The notes beneath the pieces are model-generated. The model worked only from the letters and a program-made list of their open reading frames with translations, did no database searches and had not been told where the DNA came from. A stretch of DNA of 64,000 nt from Hydrolagus colliei. Its lineage: Eukaryota. The position numbers and the translations under genes were made by a program. The DNA is taken from the NCBI GenBank assembly GCA_035084275.1, contig CM068771.1, positions 5,084,001 to 5,148,000 on the forward strand. The letters run 5' to 3'. Position 1 is the first letter of the stretch; each line of letters starts with the position of its first letter. Below, in pieces: positions 11,701 to 24,500 of this stretch.

Positions 11701-14392
11701 AGTGAATGGGATTAGGAGGTCGCATTTGTAGGGTGGGGCGAGGCCATGGAGGGCTTTGAATGTGAAGATCAGGATCTTGAATTGGATCCTCTAGGTGATG
11801 GGGAATCAATGGAGTCAGGAGACAATGGGGGAGATGGGGTCATGAAGCTTGGAGTGGTAGAGGGTATGGACTGCAGAGTTCTGGATTAGCTGTAATCTAT
11901 GGAGGAAGGAATTGGGAAAAGAAAACAAGGTCTAAAAGGAATTCCTCTCTGCCAGAACTCCATCCCACAGCCCCTTCGCCTCCTTCAAGTAAGGTCGCAA
12001 GATCCTCCTTTTCAATCCTCTTCTGCCACCCTCCCATCTCTCTCCCTCCCTCTCCTCCCCCCTACTCTGCTCCTCTCCAGTGCTCGGGTCCTGACCCCTC
12101 ACTGTTCAGTACTTTGGCATGTCCTCCCAACATGAAAGGAGCTCTATAAATGTAATTTTGTTGTTGCTGCCCGACACCCAAATTCAGAAATGAATTCCAG
12201 AGAGTACCATTGCCTCTCCCATTGCAGCAATTGATTAATCTGACCTTCAGGCGGAGCAATTTCCTCTGTTGCATCTCGTTTCCTTGGCTGAAAATTCATT
12301 CGACTGTCATCTATATCCAAATACTCCAGTAGGAGTGATCTGTAACTCGGAGGGTGTATTACATGGCTTCGGAAATTCTCACTCTTAAAATGGGATGTAC
12401 CCACTTCATATTCCCAAAACGGTGATATCTCATCATAAACGGCATCATTCCACGAGTTCATCTTACTGCTTTGATTGTCGTTTTCTGAGAACTGGAGGTA
12501 AGGAACAGAGTACTGTTCAAGACCAGATACACATTTCTTCTGGTGATCTGCAAGAAAAAAAACATTGCTTGATTTTAACACACACAATTTGTATCTATAT
12601 CGTGCCTCTGAAGCTGGGAAGTATCCCACACTGCTTAATAGTGGTGGATTTTTTGAGATATAGTAGCTCAGAGTAAGGGCACTGGTGGTTGAATAGACGG
12701 CACAGTTTGAACACAATGCCCAGGAATAAACTCTTTTTAAAATGTTTGATAAAATCTGGCTGGCCTGCTTCCTATTTTTGTACTGAATGCATATGTCTCT
12801 CCACACTCCCACCCCAAAACTGAGTATTAAGTAGATCCTCTTATTTGTCTACAAATCCCTTCACACCCAGGCAGCTTCCATCTCTGAAACCTACTTTCTC
12901 ACCACTCCACTATCCACAGCCCATGCTCATCTGGTTCTGGGCTCCTATTGATCCCTCATCCCCTGTGATCGACCATCAACAGCTGTACTTTACAACTTGA
13001 AGCTGTGGAACTCTCTTCCCTACCTCCTCTTTAGGTCATGACTGAAGATGAGAGTCATCCCTCCCTCCCATCAGCTTGGTCTCAGGCTCCACCACTATTG
13101 AGGACTCTGAGATACTGCACAGCACGAAGGATGCTGTGTAAATTGTTGTTACATAGGCGTAGGCCATTCAGCCCGTTGAGCCTGTTCTGCCATTTAATTA
13201 GATCATGGCTGAACTATATCTCCACTAATCCTTTGAATTACAATTTGCTGCTTTCACTCCAAATTCCAGAAATTTGTTGCTTTTACTACCTGATGTATCC
13301 AGTTTTTCCCAGTCTGTGTGAAAGCTAAAATCTCCCATTGCAACCATGTTGCTTTTGCTACATGCTGCCCTGATCTCCGTATTGTTGCTCTGAGACGCTA
13401 TCCGGCTTGGAGGGCACTATATCAATTGAATTTGCGCCACGTTATGTCCAAAAATATAGTCCATTCAGTTTACATTACATCCTGTGAAGCTCTTTCAAAT
13501 GTCTCAATGATGTGATAATGCCCCCATTTCAAATCCACACATTATTTGTAATAATCACTGCCTTTGATATGGCACTTTTCACGTCTTCCATATGTCCATG
13601 TGCTCACATAACCTTTCTTTTCAACCACGCCTTTGGTTGCCTTTCCCCCTCTGCCCCCTGGCTCAGCCCCGGAATCCGTTATTGTGAAGCATCCTGAGAC
13701 GCTGTCCGGCGTGGAGTGAGGGCGCTATATAAATCCAAGTTGTTGTTGTTGTCTCAAAGCACTTCACAGAATATACAGTAAAGTGGATTGCCTGCTTGTG
13801 GGTGAAATATGGCAGCGTCCTATTTCCAGAAAATATCAGGCAAAGGCTGGCAAGAGCCAAGAGTGTGCATTGAGGGTAACTGCTGGACTCTAACCAACTA
13901 AACCCCATGGCTCACCATTGATATCCCCATCTGACAGGCTAGTCCAGCGAGAACCACCCTCCCTGTTAGTGAGGGCTTTGGCTGCGGGGTTAACAGGGGC
14001 TGAGTGGAAAGGTGGCTACTGCACAGCAATTCAACACACACAGAAAATACACACACACACACAGATAGATACACACACAGAGACAGATACATACACACAC
14101 ACACAGATACACATACACACAGATAGATACACACACACACAAATCAGATNNNNNNNNNNNNNNNNNNNNNNNNNNNNNNNNNNNNNNNNNNNNNNNNNNN
14201 NNNNNNNNNNNNNNNNNNNNNNNNNNNNNNNNNNNNNNNNNNNNNNNNNNNNNNNNNNNNNNNNNNNNNNNNNNNNNNNNNNNNNNNNNNNNNNNNNNNN
14301 NNNNNNNNNNNNNNNNNNNNNNNNNNGAGTTTGTCAATGTGCTACTTGCCTTGAGGAGCCAGGAGGAGGAGGAGAGCGGCTGTGAGCAACAT
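2717..14392 (-). CDS. Gene A: IgV-IgC2-5TM receptor (CD2/CEACAM-type ectodomain, CD47-like pentaspan), ~414 aa, 9 coding exons
   Basis: join(minus) 14392-14350, 10961-10608, 9542-9273, 7707-7591, 7443-7342, 5856-5728, 3982-3902, 3451-3344, 2757-2717 = 1245 nt, open throughout; all introns phase 1 with AG acceptors and GT donors (GC for intron 1); exon sizes match gene B. Confidence 0.85.
3344..3451 (-). CDS. Gene A TM5 exon
   Basis: 108 nt; [36 protein letters not shown]; gtaagt donor. Confidence 0.82.
3902..3982 (-). CDS. Gene A TM4 exon
   Basis: 81 nt; [27 protein letters not shown]; homologous to B RHRIIILGYGL...; gtgagt donor. Confidence 0.8.
4060..4315 (+). mobile_element. CR1 3' fragment
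   Basis: Degenerate ORF2 C-terminus and 3' UTR (cagatcaaccatgatcta...ggggctgaatggcct). Confidence 0.75.
4372..5260 (-). mobile_element. L2 LINE 3' fragment
   Basis: [32 protein letters not shown] motifs; (TTG)n tail. Confidence 0.8.
5728..5856 (-). CDS. Gene A TM3 exon
   Basis: 129 nt; [43 protein letters not shown]; strong pyrimidine tract, gtaagt donor; not in the ORF track. Confidence 0.85.
6559..6964. mobile_element. hAT-type MITE with TAGGG end
   Basis: Perfect 8-bp TSD GCCTCAAC (6551-58 and 6965-72); CGATAT-rich palindromic arms. Confidence 0.82.
7342..7443 (-). CDS. Gene A TM2 exon
   Basis: 102 nt; [34 protein letters not shown]; gtaagt donor. Confidence 0.85.
7591..7707 (-). CDS. 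Gene A TM1 exon
   Basis: 117 nt; [39 protein letters not shown]; same length as B and C TM1. Confidence 0.85.
7887..8713. mobile_element. hAT-type MITE, same family, with internal C-rich expansion
   Basis: TAGGGTCC...GGACCCTA termini; TSD TTATTTAG/GTATTTAG (7/8). Confidence 0.82.
9273..9542 (-). CDS. Gene A IgC2 exon
   Basis: 270 nt; VVLSC...VSWMK...[24 protein letters not shown]; ctctccgacag acceptor, gtaggt donor. Confidence 0.92.
10196..10587. mobile_element. Tigger/pogo-type MITE
   Basis: TIR CAGTAAAAGCT..TTTATCCAGCACCC at both ends; TA flanks; ends 20 bp from gene A V-exon donor. Confidence 0.82.
10608..10961 (-). CDS. Gene A IgV exon
   Basis: ttcttgcag acceptor, gtgagt donor; 354 nt; VQW...[23 protein letters not shown]-set motifs; no B-strand Cys. 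Confidence 0.92.
11395..11915 (-). mobile_element. L2 LINE 3' fragment
   Basis: LWNSIPQSL...[10 protein letters not shown]-terminus, conserved 3' end, (TTG)n tail. Confidence 0.75.
12245..12547 (-). CDS. Extra diverged IgV-like exon in gene A intron 1 (alternative or decaying)
   Basis: ttttttcttgcag acceptor; open 303 nt phase 1-1 with weak gtcaga donor; W...FWEY...ENFRSHV...[14 protein letters not shown] parallels gene C V domain; the G-strand-like KLLRLKV lies in another frame. Confidence 0.5.
14030..14149. repeat. (AC)-rich ACACAGAT minisatellite abutting gap
   Basis: Direct reading. Confidence 0.85.
14150..14326. other. Assembly gap
   Basis: N run. Confidence 1.
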
Positions 14393-14870
14393 TCCCGCTG
14401 CCTGACTCCAGGGCGATGGTCAAGTCACAAGATGGCGGCCTAACGGCAACTCAGCTCTTTAACGGCAACAAGTTCAAAATGAAAGACAAACAAAGCGGGC
14501 GGCTGGCGCCGCTGCCCGGCTCTCTGGGCCCCGCCCCTCCCTCCCTCCCTCCCGCCCGGGGGCTATTCGCTCGGTAACGCTGACTCCGTCCGTTCCGCCG
14601 CCTTTATCCCGGCTCCGCAGCCGCTTCCCCTTCGCCTCTGGTAACGGTTTCAGTTTGTCCGCCTCCCGTCCCCGCGCTCACTCACTGCGCAGGCGCCGCA
14701 CTTCCCTTTCCCGCGCTCACTCACTGCGCAGGCGCCGCACTACCCTTTTCTACGCTCACTCACTGCGCAGGCGCCACAGCTCCGTTCCCGCACTCACTCA
14801 CTGCGCAGGCGCCGCACACTAATAATGTTCAGTGCGCAGGCGCCGCGCCTCCTTTTAACCCCACAGCAAA
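14330..14870 (-). promoter_or_regulatory. CpG-island promoter/5' UTR of gene A with YY1 site and five NRF1-like motifs
   Basis: CAAGATGGCGGC at 14428-14439; TGCGCAGGCGC x5 between 14681 and 14846 at ~38 bp spacing; GC box near 14530. Confidence 0.7.
14350..14392 (-). CDS. Gene A exon 1, signal peptide [14 protein letters not shown]
   Basis: First ATG in a CpG-rich block; hydrophobic leader; CAAG|GCAAGT GC-type donor, phase 1. Confidence 0.72.
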
Positions 14871-15536
14871 TCCTTTTGACATACGACACGCCTTCAAAGG
14901 TCAATGTTTCACTTTATTAAACAGAATAAAGTCGTAACGATGTGGAATTGTTGAAGGACAAATCATGTTTGGGATCTAATAATGCTTTCACTTTTATTCT
15001 TCTGTTTTAAAAAAAAATTCATAGCTGATAAAAAAAAATTACTTTGCCTGGACAGATTAAAGTTCCTGCTACAGATGCAACCATCTTTCACTTCAACAAA
15101 TATTGTGTGAAGAGATTTTATATGTTTTGTACATGTGTATACACACATTTACATGGCAATATACAGGATATATACAAGTACAGTCCTCTGTCAATCAACA
15201 TATAACATCTCTGAGCTGTGCATTACATACACGGTTGCTGGTCCTAATTATAGTCCTGCAAGTCCACAGAGATTAAATATAAAGTTCATTTGTTCAAGAA
15301 AGGTTAAGTTCTTCGCCATATGCCGTCGCTGCTCCAGGCTGAGGCCACAGGTATGAAGCAAAGTTGAAGATGTCCAACCGAAATTAACCAGAGTGATATC
15401 AGGGATGAAGGACTTCAATGATGTGGGTACCAGAGAGGCTAAGATTATCCCCCATCATCCAATAGCAGAGTTTGATTATTTTTATTGCACTTCACCTTTA
15501 GAATGGTACGTACTGCTAAAACCACAGGAATAATCT

Positions 15537-15577
15537 TCATTTCCTGAACTTTTTGATGGGATGCTTCCATTTCTGCA
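15537..15577 (-). CDS. Gene B terminal coding exon (tail MQKWKHPIKKFRK*)
   Basis: 41 nt; paralogous to gene A tail. Confidence 0.78.
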
Positions 15578-18500
15578 CTGCAAACGAAATCAACACACTT
15601 GGTGAGCCCTCAACAGACATAATTGGAAGATTACCCATGTGTAGATAATAATAATCCTTGCATTTTATGTCTGTATTTAATGTCAGGAGGATGTCTCCAG
15701 ACATTTCACAGTATTGGTCATCAGTGTAGGAACTGTATATATTTGCAAGTAAAATGCCACTACACTCTGCTGGAAAGAAATCTGGCAATTAACGAACAAC
15801 AACAAAAGCACATTTACAGAGTGCCTTTCACCTCGGGAGGACATCCCAAGGTGCTAACAAGTGGATTTGTATTGACTGCTAGATGTTCAGAAGCATATGG
15901 AGTAAGGAAACTTGCCTACAGTTTTGCCTCCACTGACTTTGACTGAGAAAGCATCTCTAACCTAGACTGAGGAAGCATCGCTTCATACGAAGCATTGTGA
16001 AGACATGGAACTCTCTATTTGCCAAAACACTGTAAATGCAGCTGCATAATTATTACTTACTGAACTTTCCAAAAAAGACAAAGAATACTCCAACAGCAAC
16101 CACATACACCACCACAGCAACTGTGACTAAAAGTGCTAGCTCTCCAATAGGAACATTGCATGCCGTCACTATAGGTAAAAATATGAACATTTGAATTATT
16201 TAACATTTGATATATAAAGAGAGAAAGCAACAAACACAAATTTAGAAAATACAGAGATTAAAGAGGGATTTTTTTTTAAATGCAGATTTTATCACAGATC
16301 ATAGTAATTTATTAGAAACAAATTAAAGTAATCTATGGAGTCCTGTAGCTCAGTGATTAGATCATTTGCCTTGCAAGTGAGAGACATGAGTTCATTTTCT
16401 GGCAGCATAAAACCTTAGGTAAGTTTGCCTATGCCACACATCTGATAATAAGCTCTCAATAAAAAAAATGTGGTCATTCAATCCACGAATGTTCTTGGGT
16501 CACTGCTGTGCAGAACTGGCTGCCGCATTTTGCCTACAACTATACAGTCACTTCACTTGTTGTGTATATTGTGTGAAGCACTGAGATGCCTTCTTGGAGA
16601 CATGAAAAGTGCTATATCAAATCCAAGGATTGTTGATAAGAGTAGTAAAGGAGGAATTAGAAACTTTGAAGTAGACTTAGAATGGAAGAAATATACATCT
16701 TTTCACCTAAATTATAATGCTAATAGTAATCATAATAATAATACTTGCATTTGATATATTAATTTATCACATCAGTGATATATCTCAACGTACTTTGCAG
16801 AATATACTGTACTGCAAAGTGGATTGACTTTCTTGCGAATGAAATGCTGCAGCAAATTGTGTACAACAGTGTGCCCCAAACAGTCATGGATTGAGTAACC
16901 ACATTTTTTTTGGAGGGATTATTAACCCCAAAAAGCAATCTGTCAATCGACTAACCTGGTTCTTAGTTGCTGCTATGGATACAGAGGCATGTGGAATAAG
17001 GAAACTTGGCTAAGATTTGTCCCTGTCCGGGAATCAAGCCCGGGTATTCACTTGCGAGGCAGATACACACACACACACACAAACACACAGACATGCACAC
17101 AGATACACATATACACAGTGATTGCAACACACTCACCATTTTTTTTGGCTTGATGAATTGGGGCACCTGAAATTATTATGGTTGATAATCCATATCCAAG
17201 AATAATAATGCGGTGGCCTATTAGTAAAAGAAACAAATCTGAGGACATAGGAAAATTGCCACAGTTGGTTGGTTGAATTGTGTTGCCAACTCAGCTCCAA
17301 GGGAACCCTGCTACATCCACCCCTCCACCATCAGAGGGCTATGCTTTAGAGTCTCCAAACCAAGCTGAGAATCCCATCTACACATGCAAACCCCAAAGAT
17401 AGATTCTTTGAATAGAATGCACTCTCTCTCCCTGGAGGGATGCATCCTGCTAACCTAATAACATATTAGGTTCAGGTTGGTAAGAACCAAGGCTTGATTT
17501 CCTAGCTGGCATGCTTCTCCCCCTGCTCATCCAGCTTACCCTACCCATTAAGGATTTGGCTTCCAGGGTTAACAGGAGCTGAGATGGAGGATTCCCAGCC
17601 ACTAGTGACTGATCTGCCTTTCCAAGTCCGGCTGTGCTGTCATCAGCGATGTCCTAGGGTCAATTTTCCAACAAACTTCAAGGGGACTTTAAAACATATT
17701 AATATCGGAATGTCTGCCAGGATTCCATCCCTGTTCCAACAGTATATATAAGGTGAGCCAAGTCCATGAGATTATAAAAGACAGCAGTTGTTGGGAACTC
17801 TCGGGATGTCGGGCAGCATTTATGGATAAAGGAAAGTGAATCAACGTGTTGGGTCCATGATTATCAGTTGTTTGACATGTGGTATCCCAATATCCCAATA
17901 TACTGTATCCTGAAATAGTACTTTCCAGCAGAAATCTATCTAATTTGTTCTTGAAAACAAACAAAACTAAAAAATAATTCCTCTTCAACAGCAATTTCAG
18001 GTGAAGAGCTTTCTTTAGCCTATGAAGTGAGAGAAAACAGTGACCAAATTCAACCATTACTAGGTTAACTTACGCTTGTGTAACAAAAAGGACCTTGTCA
18101 GTTCAGTTTCAGGACGCAGGAAGAAGATGGCAATGTAGATCATTACTGCAACAGATATAATACAGCCAATGCCTGAGACAATTCTGTATTCAAATGAAAA
18201 CCCTGGAAAAGGAAGAAATTGAAGAATGTGGTGAATAGAGAATGTGGAACAACAACAACAACAAATCATATTCACACTGCGCCTTTCACATCAGGTGGAC
18301 ATCCCAAGGCCCTGAACAGTCAAGGGTGAGCACCCAAACTGGGGGTTCCAATCAGGAGAGGTGGAGGGCAGGGATAGGAGGGTGACTGAATGTGCAACCG
18401 AAGAGGAAGGTCTTGAGATGGGCCTTGGAAGAGGAAAAATAGGCGAGGTAAAGGATCTATGGCAGTGGTTTCCAAACTGTGGGACGCACCTCCCTTGTAG

Positions 18501-21500
18501 TGAGCCAGGCCAGCAGCGAGTGAGATCAGCAGCAAGTGAGTGAGCCGGGCAGGCAGTCAGGGAGAAACTTTGCATTGAAAAGCAAGCTCACACATCACAC
18601 CAACAAATTCAAAGTGTTGTAAATTGTAAATGTAAGTCATTGGTTTCACAATTTTAATAATTTTTTTCATTGAATTCGATTTATTAACAATTTCATGTTT
18701 TTTGTTCATACTTTTAAAAAAAAACTGATTTAAAAAAGGTAAAATAAAGATTGAATTTGCTGTTCTCATTTGTGAAAATTATTCAATGTGAAGTGGGGGG
18801 GACGGTGCAACAAAAACTTTGCTGAGTTGGGGGGGGGGGGGGGGGGCGGGGGCACCGCTATTTAAAGTTTGGAAGCCACTGGTCTTTGGGATGGGCATTC
18901 CAAAGAAAAACATTGCATTCATCTGAACAACTTTAAATTTCTATTTGGTGGAGAAAATGCATAGTTAGGCATTTCGCACTCAAATGAAAAATTACTAAAA
19001 TTCTGAATAAACATTCTGTCTCGTTGGTTGCTTCAAGAAATATGAATATCCTAATTCTCTTTTTGGATCACCTAAGTGTTTGGAGTCTATAAATATGGGA
19101 CATTGTTGTATTCTGTGAAGCGCTTTGAGACGTCGATAAGATGTGGAAAGCACTATATAAATGTAAGGATTAGTATTATATTGTTATACATAAAGGAACC
19201 CTGCAGTGTTGTAGTTAGAGCACTCGCCTCACAAGTGCGAGGACTTGGGTTCGATTGCCAATCGAGGCGAAACCTTAGGAAAGTTTCCTTCCTCCACACA
19301 TTTCTGTATATTTCGCAGTAAATAGGAATGCTTTTGCTACCTGATTAGCGGATCCCATTCCAGGAGAAATAATCCCTCCGAAAAATAAATAAGAAGAATT
19401 TGGTCACTCAATCTACAACTGTTTCTGGAACACTGCTGTGTGCGACTGCATTCCATGTTTTGTGCACAAAATATATCATCACTACACTTTGTAATACATT
19501 CTGTGAAGTGCTGAGACGTGATAGGATGCTCCATCAAATGCAAGGACTATTAGTAGCATTCGCTACAAGCAGGAGCTACAGTGTGGCATCTGATAAAGCA
19601 GTAGGAAAATGTGAGGACAAAACAAATGCAAGAAAAATGATACTTACCCTCATCTAACAAGCACAAAAAACTTGAAAGTAACAGACAAACCAAAGATAAC
19701 ATTTGAAAGAACACGCAAACAGCAGTGAGCTGGACATGGCGTCTGTGAACTGGGAATACAAACAAATCAAAGTGAAATTATCTTTGAAGAAAATCAGCAC
19801 ATTATCACATTCCCAAATTTTACGTTCTGTCACAGTGCCCTTCTCCGACCGTAGCTTACACCGAACTCAGCCCAAACCCTCATCCGTGTATTTGTCACCT
19901 TCAACCTCAACTACTTGAATGCTATCCTCGCTGGTGTTCTCAGCTCCACTGCTCACACAATCCAGTTCATTTACAACTCCACTACCCACACTAAACTCCG
20001 TACCCCCATCACACCAGCTTCACCAGGCTCCACTAGTTCCCCATCACATACAGCGATACAGTGCCTCCATCATACCAGTCCGCGCCAGTCTCCATTAGTT
20101 CCCTTTCACACAGTAAACTCTGTACCCCATCACACCAGTTTCAGGCTCCACTAGTTCCCTATTGAGTAACGTCTATACCCCATCACACCAGCCCTTGCCA
20201 GGTTCCACAATTTATAATAATAGATAATAATAGTTGCATTTGATATAGTGCTTTTCATGTCATAGATCTCAAAGCACTTCACAGAATTTATGGTAAAATG
20301 AATTGACTGCATATTTTGTGGGTGAAATGTGGCAGCTAATTTTGCTGAGTAGCATTCCAAAAACGTTCGTGGATTGAGTGGCAAAATTATTATTATTATT
20401 ATTTAGGGACAAATAAGCAATCCACCAATCAAACAACCTGGTTGCTACTTTTTGTTAAGGAAACAGAGGCATGTGGGGTAAGGAAACCAACTCAACATTT
20501 TGCCCTGCCCTATTCTGGAAATAGAATATGGATCTCTGCTTGCAAGGTGAGTGCTCTAACCACTACACTACAGGACTCCATAATACTATTTACTTTCATA
20601 AACCATAACTCTCCAATCATTGTCTAAAATTCTATGAATAGTGTCTTACAACATGCTAACACTTTTCTTGCAATTAATTCTTTTGGAGTAAATCTGAAGC
20701 AATGTGTAATATTTACTGTTTACTGTATATGATAGTTCCTTATCAAATACATAAAATTCTGCATATTTAGTCCTCGCTTAACGTTGCAGTTGTGTTCGCG
20801 CAGAATACCGGACGTTCAGTGACTATGTATGCCTACGCTACCCAAAGTTGTTAATTTCCACCTGCGCGAATGATGCATAGCGAACGTTGCAACAGTAAAT
20901 GAATATTCAGCAATATGTTGCTGATACATATTCTCATATGTATCAGCAACATAATAACAAAACATTTACCGACGCAACGTTAAGCAAAGTCTACCTGTAC
21001 TCCCATCCCCCCAGTCTATGCCAGGCTCTGCTTGTTCCCTGTCACACACTAAACTCTGTACCCCTACCACAGGTTCCACTAGTTCCCTATCATTGAACAT
21101 ATTGATTTCAAGATCCTCATACACACACATCGTCAAATCGCTTCATGCACCTCCCGACCTCTTCAAACTGCTTATTCTCCAACCAATTACCCATTGCCTC
21201 CATTTGACTGGCTCTGGCCTCCTGCTTGTCTTTCGTGCCCTCCATTTCACCATTGGTGGCTGTGCTTTCAGCCATTACGCACTGAAACTCTGGCACATTC
21301 ACCCTCAATTCCTCCGCTTCATGCCTTCCTTCCCTATCTATTTCCAGGTTTCAATTGAAGACCTTTCTCATAGACCATGCCTTCAGTCACCTTCTCCTTC
21401 CTTCGGCTTGGTGTCATGGTTCCACCACTGTCCAGCTCTCAGATACACTACCCTGATGCTATATAAATGCAAGTTGTTGTTCGTACCATAAACAAAATTC

Positions 21501-24500
21501 AAACTTGAAATATTTTAGCCTATAATTTTGCAACAGAAGACTTCCCCGTGCTATACAAGTGTAATGTTGTCATCATTGTTGTTCCCAAAGAATATAAGTC
21601 ACCTTTATATTCCTCCAGGGCATAGAAGATTATGAACACGGATGCAGCAAAAGAGGTGATATTGCTGACCAATGCAATGATGGACACGATAAGAGACTTT
21701 TCATGAGCAAACAGAATTCCTAAAACAAGAATCAAATGTAAATTTACTATAGTTTTAATAAAATGTTGAAAGTGACATGGTTTAATGGTAATAAAACAGT
21801 AATGAAAGTATTTTACCACAGGTAAATTAGACTATTCAGCCCCTTGAGCCTGCTCCACCTTCCTATTAGATCATGGCTGATCTGAAACTTAACTCCAATT
21901 ACCCATGTTTGCGCCAGACACCTTGATACACTGACCTAACAAGAATCTATCCACCCCAGTCTTGATAATTTGAATGGCTCCACCACCACAGTCTTTTGGA
22001 GGAGAGAATTCCAGATTTTCACTATCCTTTGCATGAAAAAAATACTTGCTGAATTCACTCCTAAATAACCTAACTCTAATTTTAAGATGATGCCCCCTGT
22101 TCTACATTCCCCTACCAGAGGTCATAGGTATCTACCCTATCAAATCCCTTTATCATTTCAAGCACTCAAATCAGATCACCCCTCGACCTTCTAAACTCAA
22201 AGGAATACAGAACTAGTTGATGCAAACTGTAATTTAATACGGTATCATTTGGGTGGAATATTGTTATAACCTGTTGAACCTTTGGCTGCTGAGGGCTGGA
22301 TGCCCTAGTTGAGAAAAATCTAAGAGCCTCATCAACAATATTTTTGTATTTTGCTTCCACAAACATAACATTAATAGGTTTTGGAGAGAATGGGGTTGGG
22401 CCAGATGAAATGGTGAATAGAGAGATCAAATCAGCCTGGTCTGGAGGCAACCCTAGACCACCCTGACCTACACAAATACAACGACAGTTACCAAACCTAC
22501 CACTGACGGTGAGGAAATGTGAACGGCTGTTTTTGCTGACAACATTTTGGACAGTGCATGTGTACCAGCCACAGTGTCTAATCTTGAGATTCTTGATGAC
22601 CAGCGTGCTGTTGTTGTCCTCGAGTATCCAATCATCCTTCAATTCCATTCTTCCTTGCCTCATCCAAACATAATGATTAGCAGTTTCATCAGTTATAGAA
22701 CAGCTCAGCACAACAGAATGCACCACATAGCTGGGATCCTGAAGAATCATTGGTGCTGACAAGATGTCTGTTAAACAAAAATAAATGATAATGGTCGGTG
22801 ATCCAATTTGTGGGTGTTTTCTCATGGTAAAGTCAACAACAATGACTTGCTTGTACATAGTGCCCCCTACACAGAGTAGCATCCCAGAGTGCTTGATAGT
22901 GGCAGAGTAAGATGCCAAGCAGGCGTAGGTGACTGTAAGCATGAAGCCTTTCTCTTCAACTACCTGAAGTTGGGGAATGAGGGGCTAAGACAAATGGTTT
23001 GAGAGAGACTGTTCTAGAGTTTTGACGCACAATGGCTGATACTTACATCCTTCATTTACACACTCAAGTTATTTGTGTTTTTGGTCTGTACCAAAGTTAC
23101 TTAAGTGTAGAAAGCTGAAGGTGGATGTGCAGCTTTCATGTTGTGAAGTCATTCCGAAAGCACTGGACAGTCATGGATTTGGACCCATGATTTGGGGTTG
23201 GGATCTAGAAGGGAGACCAGGGGTAGGAGGGTGCTTGAAGGTTTGGTCAAAAAGGAGGGTCTTGAGATGTGCCTTGAAGAAGGCAAAAGAGGGAAAAAGT
23301 TGAATCAACTGTAGGATGGAGTTCCAAAGGGTATGGGCAGAGAGGCTGAAGGCCCAACCACCAATAGTGGGGGAGGCTGGGTAGGGCATTTGGAGCAACC
23401 CAGAGCAGAGTGGATAGGTCAATATGTTAGGGGTCAGCCCTTTCGCACTGAGTTGAGAAAAATGTATTCACTCAGAGGGTAGGGAATGTATGGAATTCTT
23501 TACCCCAAAGGGCTGTTGATGCTCAGTCCTTGAACATATTCAAGACTGAGATAAATAGATTTCTCATTCATAAAGGGATTAAGGGGTATGCGGATAAAGC
23601 AGGTAGCTGGAGTTAGGATGGAATATCAGCCATGATTGAATGGCGGGCAGGCTCGATGGGCCGAATGGCCTACACCTGCTCCTACTTCTTATGCTCTTAT
23701 GTTCTTATGGTATTAGCAGGTCATGTTCTCTTTGCCTGATGGGGTACAACATGGGCTCGCAGACCAACTACACTTACGTTGGACGATCAATTGTATGAAG
23801 AGTCCAGGACTGTTCAGCTCAGTCAGCTCCACAAAGCTTGGCGATGACACACTGCGGTCTGTTTTGTGAATGTAAAAGCCACTGTCATGTGTTTCTAAAG
23901 CGCGCAGCAAAAGAGACCCATCTTGTGTGTTGATGGTTGCTCGTTGCTTATAGTAGATATTGAAATTAGGATTGCCCCCAAAACTAAATTCTGCAATTTG
24001 TATCTCACTGTCACGGGTTAAATGCAGCCAGCGGATAATATCTCCAGTTTTCATCTTTCTGTCATATCCTTGGAATAAAACAGAGGATCGTGTAACACGA
24101 TAAACGGTTTCTCTGAAGTTAATTGTTTTACCTGCAAAAAAAAACAACCATTGGTGGAGTTAAACACTGTTGGAAAGAGCCACACATTCAAACATGCATT
24201 ATGCAAATAATAATAATCCTTACATTTGATACAGCCCCTTATAACGTTGCCGAGATGTCTCAAAATGGTTTACAGAATATACTTTAAAGTCTAATATTTT
24301 GTGGGTGAAGAGTAGCAACCAATTGTGCATAGCAGCATCCCACAGTCATGGGTTTCCCTTGTCCACTCCTCACAATGCAGACTTATAATCAGATAGTCTT
24401 ATTATTAATAATAATAATAATCCTTGCATTTGATACAGCGCCTACTTACCATCGCTAGATTCTTCCTCATTCTTTGAAAGAAGTTCAACCTCCACATAAA

